Source: Octopus sinensis (Eukaryota). From it: a stretch of DNA of 64,000 bases. The position numbers were made by a program, and so were the translations under genes. The DNA lies in the NCBI RefSeq assembly GCF_006345805.1, contig NC_043010.1, positions 65,472,001 to 65,536,000 on the forward strand, read 5' to 3'. This document shows, piece after piece, positions 37,788 through 51,135 of the stretch (within the stretch, counting starts at the first letter, position 1; every line of letters starts with the position of its first letter). The notes under the pieces are model-generated. The model saw nothing but the letters and a program-made list of their open reading frames with translations. It was not told where the DNA came from and did not search any database.

Positions 37788-39389
37788 TTATATGTCGTAT
37801 ACTAAAGGAGGTGGGTAGATCATGTTGTGAATGTATAAAAGCAGGACCACCAGAACGATCACATGGAATACTTTGTAATGCTGTAGCCATCTAATAATTT
37901 GGTTCACGGTGCAGAAAAATGCATAAAAACCAATCAGAAAGAGCAGGTGAATAAAGAGCCAAACATCAAGATTAAGCAGTTGATACCATGGATGGTTTAA
38001 ATAAGAACCCTTCGGGTGACGACGGCCGAACTGAAGCACCTCCTCCACACCGTCAGCGGCAACTTGCCTTGGATTCAAGCGGCGGCTGCGGAAAATCTCC
38101 GAGTATTTTTGTGCATTCTTCCGGTAGACGGGCTTCGTGGTTACATTCAGGGCAGCAATATACAAAGTATCACGTTTCTGCTTCCATATGTTCAGTTTTA
38201 ATCCCATCTTGTAATCTTCAATTCTCGAAGCAATTTGAAACTGGTCGCCGACGATAGGAAGGCAAATAAGTGGAACCCCATGATAAAGGCTTTCAAAGTA
38301 GTCGTTACTGTTACAGTGTGATATAAGGAGTTTTGTTTTCGGGTGTGCGCAGACATCGTTCAGTGAGAACCATGTCATCATTTTCACATTGCCATCGACT
38401 TTGTTTGTGTTTGTTTTCACAAGGATGTGTTGTGGTAGGCGTTGTAAAGTAGACAGTAGGAGAGCTGAGATTCTGTCCGTTATGTTCTCGAAAGCATTTC
38501 CAAATGACATAATGATAACGCCATGCGTAGCACCGTCAAAGAAGTGTTGCAGTGATTTCGACAAAGGCATTCCAGGCTGAGTTGTTAAACCCCCGACTTG
38601 TCGAAAATGTGACAAAAATGGTTTAGGATAATTAAAAATGATATCAGTGTTATCAAGGAATAATTCCGACTTCCAGTAAAGATCTTCGACTTCTGATGCT
38701 GTGAGAGTTGGAGCTAATTTGAAATTTTCTAGAGGAACAGAAAAAATATCTCCCATATGCTGAGCAACGTACCGTAAGGTGCTTAACAGCCGTTTCCTAA
38801 AATCCATTTCAGTACTGACGGAGGTGTAGACATTTGGACTGAATCTCGGTGCTATTATGGATCCAGTCTCTGACTCACGTAATGCACTTGAAACGGAAAT
38901 GAAAGGAATCGACAGATTATATGGTACTAAGTAGAAACATTGAGTTGAGAAAAGGCTATCAATGACTGCTAAATCAAAGTTTTTGTAATGCAGGCGTTGC
39001 AAAGCATCATTGTCTTGTTGTATCATCTCACACATCTGTTCTTTAACTTCTGTCGCTTCCTCAGACAACACATTCCACTCGCCATGAAAGATATCGTTAC
39101 CAATTTTCTCCTTGAAATCTAAACTCTTTTCATAAGTAGGCCAGCTGAAGTTGATAACTTCGAAGTGCGGTCCTGGGCAATCTCGAAAGTTTATCTCCTG
39201 GCACATGTACATGGTAACTTCGTGTCCACGTTGCACTAGCTCTTGGCCTAATGCATTCATATACTTACAGTGACTATACTCCAGTGATGGTACAAACAGA
39301 ATCTTCGCCGCTTGCTGGTTCTCCACCAAATAACACAGGACGATAAAAGCTTGTAGAGCCCACGGTATTACGTGTGTTGTCCGAGCCAT
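37788..39389 (-). CDS. UDP-glucuronosyl/UDP-glycosyltransferase (GT1 family), 533 aa, single coding exon
   Basis: Signal peptide; YSH catalytic His; ELVQRGHEVT; FDLAVID; HGVIIMSFG; signature W...ND...HPKTKLLISH...E..YHGVPLI.LP..GDQ; C-terminal transmembrane segment; splice acceptor tttcag 8 nt upstream of the ATG. Confidence 0.95.
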   Translation of the reverse strand: MARTTHVIPWALQAFIVLCYLVENQQAAKILFVPSLEYSHCKYMNALGQELVQRGHEVTMYMCQEINFRDCPGPHFEVINFSWPTYEKSLDFKEKIGNDIFHGEWNVLSEEATEVKEQMCEMIQQDNDALQRLHYKNFDLAVIDSLFSTQCFYLVPYNLSIPFISVSSALRESETGSIIAPRFSPNVYTSVSTEMDFRKRLLSTLRYVAQHMGDIFSVPLENFKLAPTLTASEVEDLYWKSELFLDNTDIIFNYPKPFLSHFRQVGGLTTQPGMPLSKSLQHFFDGATHGVIIMSFGNAFENITDRISALLLSTLQRLPQHILVKTNTNKVDGNVKMMTWFSLNDVCAHPKTKLLISHCNSNDYFESLYHGVPLICLPIVGDQFQIASRIEDYKMGLKLNIWKQKRDTLYIAALNVTTKPVYRKNAQKYSEIFRSRRLNPRQVAADGVEEVLQFGRRHPKGSYLNHPWYQLLNLDVWLFIHLLFLIGFYAFFCTVNQIIRWLQHYKVFHVIVLVVLLLYIHNMIYPPPLVYDI

Positions 39390-39538
39390 GTTCGAGACTG
39401 AAAGATAATGAAACAGAGATCAGTGATAGCCAAGAATAATATAATCGTAATTTCATAGCAACTTAATTGGTTCGTTTGTTGGGGAGGCGGGGAGTCCTTT
39501 GTTTGCTTGTTGTTTCTTTTGTCATTTTGGTGTTATTT

Positions 39539-39539
<1 letters not shown>

Positions 39540-39626
<87 letters not shown>

Positions 39627-39706
39627 CGATGATGATGGTGATGGTGATGAGGAGGAGGAGGATGATGATGATGATGGTGGTGGTGGTGGTGGTGATGATG
39701 GTGATG

Positions 39707-39760
<54 letters not shown>

Positions 39761-39763
39761 TGA

Positions 39764-39797
<34 letters not shown>

Positions 39798-39835
39798 GGT
39801 GGTGGTGGTTATGGTGGTGGTGACGATGATGATGA
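39540..39835. repeat. (GTT)n(GAT)n(GGT)n compound microsatellite
   Basis: Direct reading. Confidence 0.95.
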
Positions 39836-40240
39836 TTTTACTTTTAAAATTATCTGATGATTTGGAAAAAAAAATTGCTCAAACGTTCGAATTCGACTCT
39901 ATACTCTGAAAAGAAGCATTGCTACAACTATCTCCTTCTCTCTTTCTCTCTCTCTTTCTCATTTGTGCTTTTATGACTTACATGCACAAATGATGATATA
40001 TGGAAAGTTCATTATTTTCATGCCTTTTCTTGCATATCAGTTTAACTGGAGATTGTAACTATGTATTTGCAAAAAAGACTTGTGATAGACTTCAACCTCG
40101 GACTTCACCTTAAGATTACCTCGAGTTCCTTACTAATCTGTAAATATTTCGTTAGCCTGGTGTATTTGTATTAACACAGAGCTTATGAAGTATTTTACCC
40201 GGATTGATAATCCCTTATTAAGAAACTCCTTATCCTTACA

Positions 40241-40400
40241 TACCGTATATACTCAAGTAATAGCCAATCTCATATAACAGCCGACCCCCTATTTTTTGCC
40301 AAAACACTGGAAATTTTCCATAGACCCCGTATAAAGGTCGACCCTAGTATTTCACGAAGAACAGGACAACATTTGGGGGTCAAAGTACCGTGTTATCCTG
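40241..40400 (+). mobile_element. Possible pogo/Tc2-like transposon 5' terminus
   Basis: ta-ccgtatatactcaagtaatagcc start followed by gccgacccc/gtcgaccct subterminal motifs. Confidence 0.4.
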
Positions 40401-40499
40401 TCCGTAAAAATAACACTTTTACCTTGCTGTAGCATTCTCCATAGGTGGAATCCTTGGTGTTTGTAAGGGAATTCTCAATGCTTATAGTAAAACACCATT

Positions 40500-40803
40500 T
40501 TACATACATACATACATACATACATACACACATACAAACATACATACATACATACATACATACATACATGCACACATACAACATACATACATACATACAT
40601 ACATACATACATACACACATACAAACATACATACATACATACATACATACATACATGCACACATACATACATACATACATACATACATACGTACTTACAT
40701 ACATACATACAGACAGACAGACAGACATTCATACATACATGCATACATACATACATACATACATACATACATGCATACATACATACATACATACATACAT
40801 ACA

Positions 40804-40834
<31 letters not shown>

Positions 40835-40980
40835 GTATGTATGTATGTATGTATGCATGTATGTGTGTATATCTGTATGTATGTATGTATGTATGTATGT
40901 ATGTATGTACGTATGTATGTACGTATGTATGTATGTATGTATGTATGTATGTATGTATGTATGTATGTATGTATGTATGT
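40500..40980. repeat. (TACA)n-(TATG)n microsatellite (inverted halves)
   Basis: Direct reading. Confidence 0.95.
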
Positions 40981-41423
40981 ATTGTTGATGGGTGCTACAT
41001 CACCGTTACTAAAACGTATGCACAAGATGTGCTGCAAGCATGCATACATTTTCAAGCACAATAAACACATGCGTCATACACTCGTTGTTTACATGATAAT
41101 AAAAGTGTTTCACGGACAGCACAGTTGGCGAAAACTGGCAAACACCATCGTCTGAATTCGTGCAAAGGTATAACTTTGGTAAGCCTAAAGACATTCTATT
41201 AATCGCTAGATCAGTGGTTCCCATGCGACCTTTATATTTTCCTCACCGCCGAATACAATAAACGCATGCGTCATACGCTCGTCTGTTTATATGTTGAGAG
41301 ACGTGTTTCACAGACAACACTATCGGCGAACAACAGCAAACACCACTTTATGAATTCGTAGAGAGAGTCATGACTTCGGTACACCTAAAGACATTTAGTT
41401 TATCGCTAGATCAGGCCTGCAAC

Positions 41424-41740
41424 ATCAATATTAGCGGTTGGGAGGCAGTTGCCGGCAACCGTGGAGAATGGCGACGTACCGTAAAAGAGGGAATACAAAA
41501 GAGTGACAGAGAGAGAGAGAGGAGAAATGGAAAGAAAGGAAGAGACGTAAACAAGAGACTATGGCACTACAACCAGCCAGGAACAGTCTTCGCTGCATTT
41601 GCGGTACCTGCCAGAGGGAGTGTTTGTCCAGGATAGGACTACACAGCCACAGCAGGAAATGTATCAGGACATGAAATATAAAAGCCGGACTAGACTACTT
41701 CATGCGCAACTCCATTGTCTCCCGAGACAGAAAGGATGCC
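41424..41740 (+). mobile_element. RTE-clade LINE 3' end
   Basis: NINISGWEAVAGNRGEWRRTVKEG ... C.TCQRECLSRIGLHSHSRKC zinc-finger end; tail cattgtctcccgagacagaaaggatgcca. Confidence 0.8.
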
Positions 41741-41955
41741 AATACAATAGTAGTTCACAAACTTTTTTTTTCTTTTGTCGCGGAATCCTTCGACATTATT
41801 TTTAAAAACGTAGAACTCCTGATAACGTTCAGGGAACCCTTAAGTTTTGCAGAGCCCACTTTGGGAATCCCTGCTCTAGATTAGCAACTCTACACCATAT
41901 TATGGACATTTGCTGGTGACATCATACAACTGTTAGTTTTTTTTGTTTTTTTTTT

Positions 41956-42352
41956 CTTTTACTTGTTTCAGTCATTTGACTGCGGCCATGCTGGAGCACC
42001 GCCTTTAGTCGAGCAACTCAACCCCGGGACTTATTCTTTGTAAGCCCAGTACTTATTCTGTCGGTCTCTTTTGCCGAACCGCTAAGTAACGGGGACATAA
42101 ACACACCAGCATCGGTTGTCAAGCAATGCTAGGGTGACAAACACAGACACACAAACACACACACGCATATATATATATATACATATATACGACGGGCTTC
42201 TTTCAGTTTCCGTCTACCAAATCCACTCACAAGGCTTTGGTCGGCCCGAGGCTATAGTAGAAGACACTTACCCAAGGTGCCACGTAGTGGGACTGAACCC
42301 AGAACCATGTGGTTAGTAAGCAAGCTACTTACCACACAGCCACTCCTACGCC
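41956..42352 (-). mobile_element. tRNA-like SINE, family A
   Basis: Matches 9221-9605. Confidence 0.9.
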
Positions 42353-42429
42353 TATGTTCTGTTTTTGTTTTTTTTTCATTTTTGTTGGAGACAACATATA
42401 CATGGAACACGACACACTGTTTACCTCAT

Positions 42430-42625
42430 AAGAATCGTGTATGCATGGGATGGTACAGAAGACGATTGCCTATGGCATGACATGGATGACGAAGTAGAGG
42501 ATGATGTGTCACTTCTAACTATGGACGGCGAAGATGAAGATGAAGATGAGAATCCTTGCGATCATATCATTCATCCTGATGGTTATGAAGCTTTATTCAA
42601 TTCTGAAGATGGCGAACAGCGTGGT
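42430..42625 (+). pseudogene. pogo/Tigger-like transposase C-terminal remnant
   Basis: AWDGTEDDCLW plus an acidic tail, resembling the S-N-A-x-D-G-T-E-D-D end of pogo-family transposases. Confidence 0.55.
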
Positions 42626-42629
42626 ATAC

Positions 42630-42938
42630 ATATATACGTACGTACGTATGTATGTATGTATGTATGTATGTATGTATGTATGTATGTATGTATGTATGCA
42701 TGTATGTATGTATGTATGTGTGTATGTATGTATGTATGTATGTATGTATGTATGTATGTATGTATGTATGTGTGTATGTGTGTATGTATGTATGTATATT
42801 TGTATGTATGTATGTATGTATGTATGTATGTATGTATGTATGTGTGTATGTATGTATGTATGTACGTATGTATGTATGTATGTATGTGTGTATGTGTGTA
42901 TGTGTGTATGTATGTATGTATATCTGTATGTATGTATG

Positions 42939-42969
<31 letters not shown>

Positions 42970-43180
42970 TGTATGTATGTTTGTATGTATGATGTATGTA
43001 CGTTCGTACGTATGTATGTATGTATGCATGTATGTATGTATGTTTGTATGTATGCATGTATGTATGTATGTTTGTATGTATGCATGTATGTATGTTGTAT
43101 GTATGTATGTATGTATGTATGTATGTATGTATGTATGTATGTATGTATGCATGTGTGTATATGTGTACGTGTGTGTGTGT
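42630..43180. repeat. (TATG)n microsatellite
   Basis: Direct reading. Confidence 0.95.
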
Positions 43181-43561
43181 ATAGAGTGTTAGGTGTGATG
43201 TACAGAAATTGAATATTGAGAAAAAAGTCAGAATTCTGGAAATGTTTTTGGAGGTGGATTGTTTAGAAGAAGAGAACACTGTTTTTGTTTGGTGGGGTGA
43301 GGTTCCATTGATAGATAGAAATATAGGTAGGTAGATAGGTGATAGACACCAAAAAATAAAAACAAAAACAATGTTCTCTTCTAAGCAAACCCAACCAAAA
43401 ACATCTGTTTTATATAAATAAACAAGTTGTTTGTACATTCACAAAATTTTATTTGACAAGTTCGAGAAACGAACAAAAGCGACAATAATAATGAAGAAAA
43501 AACAGATTTTTTCCCCAAATTCTGACGAGATTTTCTCAATATATACATATATACATATATA

Positions 43562-43600
<39 letters not shown>

Positions 43601-43776
43601 GTATCATAAGTTGAAGACGGGAAGGATGACTTCCCTTTGCAAATACTGATAGGGCACAGAAAGTGTGTCTATGGCCAGCTGGAGGAGTGTGTCCTCCTGG
43701 GGCTAAAAACTACAGTAGCATCCACCCTTAGGGGTTAGCCATATTGAAATGGCAAATATACGTCACGATATATATA

Positions 43777-43820
<44 letters not shown>

Positions 43821-43999
43821 CAACCCATGCTAGCATGGAAAACGGACGCTAAACGATGATGATGATGATGATGATGATGATATATATATATATAAGCCAT
43901 ACTTTCGTGACTTTTTCTTTCTCCATGGGACCTTTTACTTCAAGATTGCGCCCACAGTTTTGACGGTGGTTTCTAATTTAGACATAAAGCCATCGGTTT

Positions 44000-44395
44000 T
44001 GACGGGAGGGATTTTGTCGATATCACCGACCTGAGTACTTCTTTTGTCGACCCTGAATGGAAGGAAGTCAAAAGTGACCTTGGTAGGATTTGAGATCAGA
44101 AAGTGGGGAATTGGAAGAAATAGCGCCTAACATTTCGTCCGATGTGCTAACGATTCTGTCCGCTTGCCACGGCTCTATTTATCTTTTCCACGATGAGCAC
44201 AAACCCTGGAATGTTGGGAGAGGGGACAAGTCGATTACATCCACCCCAGTGCTTGACTGGTGCTTATTTCATCGACCCCGAAAGGATGAAAGACAAAGTC
44301 GACCTCGGTGGAATTTGAACTCAGAACGTAAAGACGGACGAAAATACCGCTAATCATTTCATCCGATGTGCTAACAATTTTGTCACCTCGCCACG
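44000..44395 (-). mobile_element. Two adjacent family D-related SINE copies (older + younger)
   Basis: Two gtcgacc...atttga..tcagaa...gtgctaac heads. Confidence 0.7.
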
Positions 44396-46009
44396 GTTCA
44401 AATAATAAAGCTTCAAACATCTTAGGGACATCTAAATGCCTCTGATTGTGCAACGGAAACTCTTGAAGACATGATAATGATGATGATGACGACGACGACG
44501 ACGACGACGATGATGATGATGATGATGATGATACAAAAATACATATTATTAAAGAAAGTTCGATCCTTTAATCAAGGCCTGCTTTGATCCTGAACTTATT
44601 CGCATGTTGCTGCAACGGCGAAGCAGGTCGGATTAAAGCAACCTTGACCAGGTTCGATAAGTGTGCAAACAAGAACACACACACACACACACACACACAC
44701 GTACACACACGTACACACACATATACACGTACACACACACTACTTACATGTGTTTTTATGGTGTAGTTGGGACTCTCAACAGCAAGATACCAAACACTCC
44801 ATAGCCAAACACGAAAATAAGAAGAAACGAGAAACGACCAGCGTTTGCTTGACGAGGCCGACGAACGCTGGTCTCCAAACTGTTTTGAACGTCCGTTAGA
44901 GACGAATCACAATAACACAGAATAAATATATCAAGTGAGCGAAGAAGACGTTTTAAGATGTAATTTTCCTTCATGAAATTCCCTAATTTTCTAAGACGGT
45001 GAGATGACAGAATCGTTAGCATGTTGAACAAAATAAAATGCTAAACGGGATTTCGTTCGGTATTTACTTTCTGAATTTAAATGCCGTCAGGGTTGACTTT
45101 GTTTTTCATTCTTTCAGGGTCGATGAAATACCGTTTGCCCACTAGGGTCGATGTAATCAACCGGCCCTTTCCCTCAAAATTTCAGGTTTTGAGCCTATAA
45201 TGGAAAGGAAATTTTTTTTTTAATTATCTGGTTTTCTACCAAATTATTTTAGAGGCTATTTCATCATTGTAAATTAAAGTATTGAAATATTTAATATAAT
45301 AAACCAGGGAATTTGGGGTGTGATTTTAATTAAAATTTCCCCTCTTACAATATTAGCTGTTTTATTTGTGGCGATATTCACTCGGGGTTGAGCTAGATCC
45401 GACCAACGACAGTCGGCCGAAGCCAAGACTGTTGAGCGGACCCCATAACCGTAGTCGTTATTTACCGTTGAGGTATAAAATTCATGTTCGGAGTTGAGGT
45501 ATAGTAATACCCGTTTGACTGCTTTATTGACTTGCAGAAGGCGTTCCAACGTGTATCCCCAGTTTTAACCCTACAATAGTTCAAAAAAATGGTGTCGTTT
45601 AAACGTGGACATCTCCTCAGCTCAAGAGCTGTTGGCGGGTGTGGGTATTGAGTTCAACAAAGGGGGGTTTCACCAATCCTTTCACCACCGTCTGTTTGTT
45701 TCGTCGTTGTTGTTGTTGTTGTTGTTGTCTTCTTGTTCTTCCAATCAGGATTCACGCCATTAACCACAAAGAATAATCTCGAATTCGAGCCTACTCTAAG
45801 CTACTAAGAATGCGTTTGGCAACTTGAAGATCCACCCACCTCACGCGATAGACTGGCGGTTGCACGGGCGCGAAAGCTACGTTGTTATCCTCATTCCGTA
45901 AACGGTGGCTTTTAACGGGTGGAGAGCTGAACCATCCTGGAGTACAGAGGATTCGCAATCTAGACTAGGGTCTGAAAGTTTACCACACCATAGTGAGTTA
46001 CACCATGGT

Positions 46010-46220
46010 TCCTCTGCTTTGTGGCAGAAGTAGGAAGAAAGAGTGAGAGAAAGTTGTGGTGAAAGAGTACAGCGGGGTTCACCACCACCACCCCGCCGGA
46101 GTCTCGTGGAGCTTAGGTGTTTCTGCTCAATAAACACTCACAGTGCCCGGTCTGGGAATCGAAACCGCGTACTTAAGACCGCGAGTCCGCTGCTCTAATC
46201 ACTGGGCCATTGCGCCTCCA
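46010..46220 (-). mobile_element. SINE head B, partial
   Basis: Reverse complement of ggaggcgcaatggcccagtgattagagcagcggactcg. Confidence 0.85.
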
Positions 46221-46563
46221 CTATTGCTGTTGTTGTTGTCGTCGCTTAGCCCCAGTTTAGCCCTTATTAAGCAGATCTTTGATCAAAAGCATTCAAAATT
46301 TCTTCGGCATTCCCATTTTTTCTCCTTCTTTTATTCCTTTTTAAGACTACATTTTTCAACGTGTCCTTCCTGCTTTGAGACGACTTGGTGTGATTTGAAA
46401 TAATTTGGCTGCTATTTCTAGCAAGTCAAGTGATTGCTTAATGGCACTCTCGTTGCTTCGGCAACCACTCAGCGGCCTCAATAATAAGAATATGGGTGCC
46501 ATATGTGTGTATGTTTATGTGTGCATGAAAGCCTTAGTTTTTCATTATGTGTGTGCGGCGTAC

Positions 46564-46594
<31 letters not shown>

Positions 46595-48300
46595 CACATG
46601 TGTGTATTATTCGTTGTCCCCCATTTTTATGTAATGTCTTCTATTATGATTTTATGAATATTTAGAAAACAATATAGGATATATATATATATCGCCCTCA
46701 CTACGCTGGTACTTTATTTTAACGATCCAGAAGAATTAGAGAGCAAAGAGAGAGAGAGAGAGAGAGAGAGTGTGTGTGTGTGTGTGTGTATGTGTGTGCG
46801 CGCGCGTGCGCGCGTGTTGTGTGTGTGTGTGTGTGTGTGCGTGTGTGTGCGTGTGTGTGCGCGTGTGTGTGCGCGTGTGTGAGCATGTGTGCGCGTGTGT
46901 GTGCGCGTGTGTGTGCGCGTGTGTGAGCGTGCGTGCGTGTGTGTGTGTGTTTGTGTGCGCGTGTGTGTGTGTGCGTGTTTGAATGTGTTTGTATATGTCT
47001 GAGGGTAATTGTGTCTTGTGTATGTGTATATGTGTAAGTGTATGAGTGTGTGTATGTGTGTGTGTGTGAATAACCGAGCGTGAGTGCGTGTGTGTATGTA
47101 TGTGTGTATGCGAGTTTCTTGTCTGCCGCCAGACTTTAAACTTCAATATTTTTGCAACGATTTGATGTGGGAGCAAAATCCAGCTCCGTTACCAAAGCGT
47201 TACAAGTGACGATGCCTATAGCGAGCAAAACAAATGACAATGGTGACATGAATTGGGTCAAGGGCTCAAGCAGCGATTCCATTAACTGCCCGGACATTGT
47301 TTTCTCAGAAATCCGTTGTGATACTTGATAGCGTACACAGCGCCTGAGTGTGCGAGATGTGTGTTATGTGCCGATAAACACGATGGCATTCGAGTGATTT
47401 GCAGAAAGAGAAAGGTAGAATTTCTTATGCAAAACCTAAAATCTTTTCTCTTTTTCTGAACAGTAAAAGCTGCTAGCTGTCACTCACGGGCGAGTATTGT
47501 TCGGTAGCTGATGTGTTCCATGCTTTTTGTAATTGTTTTAAGTGCTTATATAGTCTTGAAGAGACATGAACATGTCTTCCATCCCTTCGTTCAGGGCTCA
47601 GTAACGCATCAGGTTGTGACGGATGAAGACAGTGCCGCGCCAGCAGTCAGCTGGTACTCATTAAAGCTAACTAGACTGGGGCCATGTGAAATGAAGTACT
47701 TTGCCCAAGAACACAATGCACTACCCTGTCCGATTCAGGAATCGAACCCATGACATTATAATCGAGAGCTATGCACCCTAACCACTAAGCTACATGCCAT
47801 TAGACGAGGGTTTACGAAACACTTAATATGCACAACATTAAAATGACTCGTGGAACTGTTTGGAATTGCTCGGAGCAACCGCACTATTTCAGTTCACTGC
47901 AAAAAATATGGCTAAAGTTTGACATTCATAAAGGAGGTTGCTTATAACGCTTCCGATTGGGGAACCTAACCTCAAATTTTCAAGAAAATTCTTATCGACC
48001 CCAATTCCTACACTGGGTTCATCATAAATGTCAACAACTTTGGTTAAATTCTTCACCCCTTGAAGTATATGATGAGAGAGACGACGACGGCGACGGCGAC
48101 AATGATGATGATCTTCATGCCAAGCAGAAACCAGTGCGGTTGTTCATTCCCAGTAACTCACAGGGAATCCTGCAGCAGTTAACATGTTTCGAACAGAGTA
48201 TATACTACAATATTATTCTTATTTATTCCCTGGAGTATTTCTCTTCAAATGCTTTTATGTATCCTGTACTGCGCCTGTTTGAAAATGTCAATTACATCGA

Positions 48301-48620
48301 CCGGGCGTTGTGAGTGTTTATTGAGCGAAAACACCTAAAAGTTCCACGAGGCTCCGGCAGGGAATGGTGGTGATCCCTGCTGTACTCTTTCACCACAACT
48401 TTCTCTCACTCTTACTTCCTGTTTCTGTTGTACCTGTATTTCAAAGGGCCGGCCTTGTCACTCTCTGTGTCACGCTGAATATCCCCGAGAACTACGTTAA
48501 GGGTACACGTGTCTGTGGAGTGCTCAGCCACTTACACGTTAATTTCATGAGCAGGCTGTTCCGTTGATTCGGATCAACCGGAACCCTCGTCGTCGTAACC
48601 GACGGAGTGCTTCCATCCAT
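48301..48620 (+). mobile_element. SINE head B with body 2, 5'-truncated
   Basis: Matches 51404-51780. Confidence 0.9.
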
Positions 48621-48944
48621 TTGAAAATGGTTATTTCCTTACGTAAAAGTTGTGTTGCTTGTTATTGGCTTTTGTTTGTTTTGTCGGGATTTTTACTTCT
48701 GAAAAATGAATCCATAGGAATCAATGGGACAGTAGGTACCGTGTTGCGATGTTTTGCATAACAGCAACCTTTCGGAAACTCGATGCTTTCGTAATGCGGA
48801 GGTGCGAGATGCTGGACTCAGTTTCGCTCTTCTCGTTTCTCAGTTCCAATCCCGACAACAGATTTGTTAAAATCTTTAGCGACAGATACAAAGCTGCCTC
48901 TTTCTATGGACAATTGAATATATAGAGAAGTATATACATACATG

Positions 48945-49391
48945 TATGTATGTATGCATGTATGCATGTATACATGTATGTATGTATGTATGTATGCATG
49001 TATACATGTATGTATGTATGTATGTATGTATGCATGTATGCATGTATACATGTATGTATGTATGTATGTATGTATGTATGTATGTATGTATGCATGTATA
49101 CATGCATTTATATATGTATGTATGTATGTATGCATGTATGTATGTATGTATGCATGTATGTATGTATGCATGTATGTATGTATGTATGTATGTATGTATG
49201 TATGTATGTATGTATGCATGCATGCATGGACGTATTATGTATTTACGTACGTACGTACGTATGTATGTATGTATGTATGTATGCATGCATACATGTATAC
49301 ATGCATTTATGTATGTATGCATGTATGCATGTATACATGCATTTATGTATGCATGTATGCATGTATACATGCATTTATGTATGTATGTATG

Positions 49392-49420
<29 letters not shown>
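48945..49420. repeat. (TATG)n/(TGCA) microsatellite
   Basis: Direct reading. Confidence 0.95.
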
Positions 49421-49422
<2 letters not shown>

Positions 49423-49740
49423 TGTGGAGTGGAGTAAAATCACTTGAAGAGGCCAGGATAACGCAAGTAAGACTCAAAAGAGATCTAAGAAAGAATGTGA
49501 CGATCGAGAAGGTGAATGACAATGACCTTTTTGTGTGCAGTCTGTGACAGACCATTCTTGTCTTTTGCTGGCTTCAGATCTTATCTGCAGCTCCTGGTGG
49601 TCCAAATCGGATATGTAATCTATGTGGGTGGCTTTTCAGAGCATTGTCTGGTTTAAAAAGCCACATCAGATGCCATGATGGTTCTAAGGTGTAGGTACAG
49701 GAGGTGGTCAAGCTCTGCATAAGGAGTAGACAACCACCGT
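49420..49740 (+). mobile_element. RTE-clade LINE 3' end
   Basis: WSGVKSLEEARITQVRLKRDLRK...FVCSL / ICNLCGWLFRALSGLKSHIRCH zinc-finger ends. Confidence 0.7.
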
Positions 49741-49874
49741 GTATTATGTATGTATGTATTATGTATGTATGTATGTATGTATGCATATTTTTATTAATAT
49801 TGAGCGGAAATAATGAAGTGATTCAGTGTCCGACAGTTTCGTGCATTAACACTTATCAGACTTGTGTGTGTGTC

Positions 49875-49960
<86 letters not shown>

Positions 49961-49983
49961 TGTGTCTGTGTGTGTGTACATAT

Positions 49984-50550
49984 ATATTTCAACTTAGCAG
50001 TTCGACAAAAAAGACCGATAGAATAAATACCAGACTTACAGAGAATAGGTCCGAGGGTCGATTTCTTCGACAAGAAGGTGGTGCTCCAGCATTGCCGCAG
50101 TCAGAAGACTGAAACAAGAATAAAGGAACACAAACACACACATCTTTTATCTTTGATCTTGTTTCAGTCATTTGACTGCGGCCATGCTGGGGCACCAACT
50201 TGAGGGCTTTTAGTCGAACAATTCGACCCCAGGACATTTTTTGAAGCCTGATACTAATTCTATCTGTCTCTTTTACCGAACCGCTAATTTACGGGGATGT
50301 AAACCACCAACACCGGTTGTTAACCGGTGGGGAACAAATACAAGCCTAAAGACACACACACGCATGTATTCATACGACGGGCTTCTTTCGGTTTTCGCTA
50401 ATGAAATCCACTCGCAAGCCTTTGGTCGGCCTTTGGTCGGCCTTTGGTCGGCCTTAGGCTAAAGCAGACGACACTTGCCCAAGTGGCTGCGGAACTGAAC
50501 CCGGAACTATGTGGTTGGGAAGCAAGCTGCTTTACCACACAACCACGCCT
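49984..50550. mobile_element. Two family A SINE pieces in tail-to-tail orientation
   Basis: 49984-50125 (+, 3' part) and 50155-50550 (-). Confidence 0.8.
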
Positions 50551-50586
50551 AGAGAGAGAGAGAGAGAGAGAGAGTGTGTGTGTGTT

Positions 50587-50621
<35 letters not shown>

Positions 50622-50627
50622 GATAGG

Positions 50628-50690
<63 letters not shown>

Positions 50691-50784
50691 GTAGGTAGGT
50701 AGGTAGGTAAGTAGACAGGTAGGTAGGTAGACAGACAGACAGACAGACAGGTAGGTAGGTAGGTAGGCAGGCAGGCAGGCAGGC

Positions 50785-50874
<90 letters not shown>

Positions 50875-50900
50875 GTAGACAGACAGACAGACAGACAGAC

Positions 50901-50960
<60 letters not shown>

Positions 50961-50961
50961 T

Positions 50962-51002
<41 letters not shown>

Positions 51003-51006
51003 TAGG

Positions 51007-51037
<31 letters not shown>

Positions 51038-51058
51038 GTAGATAGATAGATAGATAGG

Positions 51059-51134
<76 letters not shown>

Positions 51135-51135
51135 C
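50550..51135. repeat. (GATA)n/(GACA)n/(GGTA)n compound microsatellite
   Basis: Direct reading. Confidence 0.95.
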
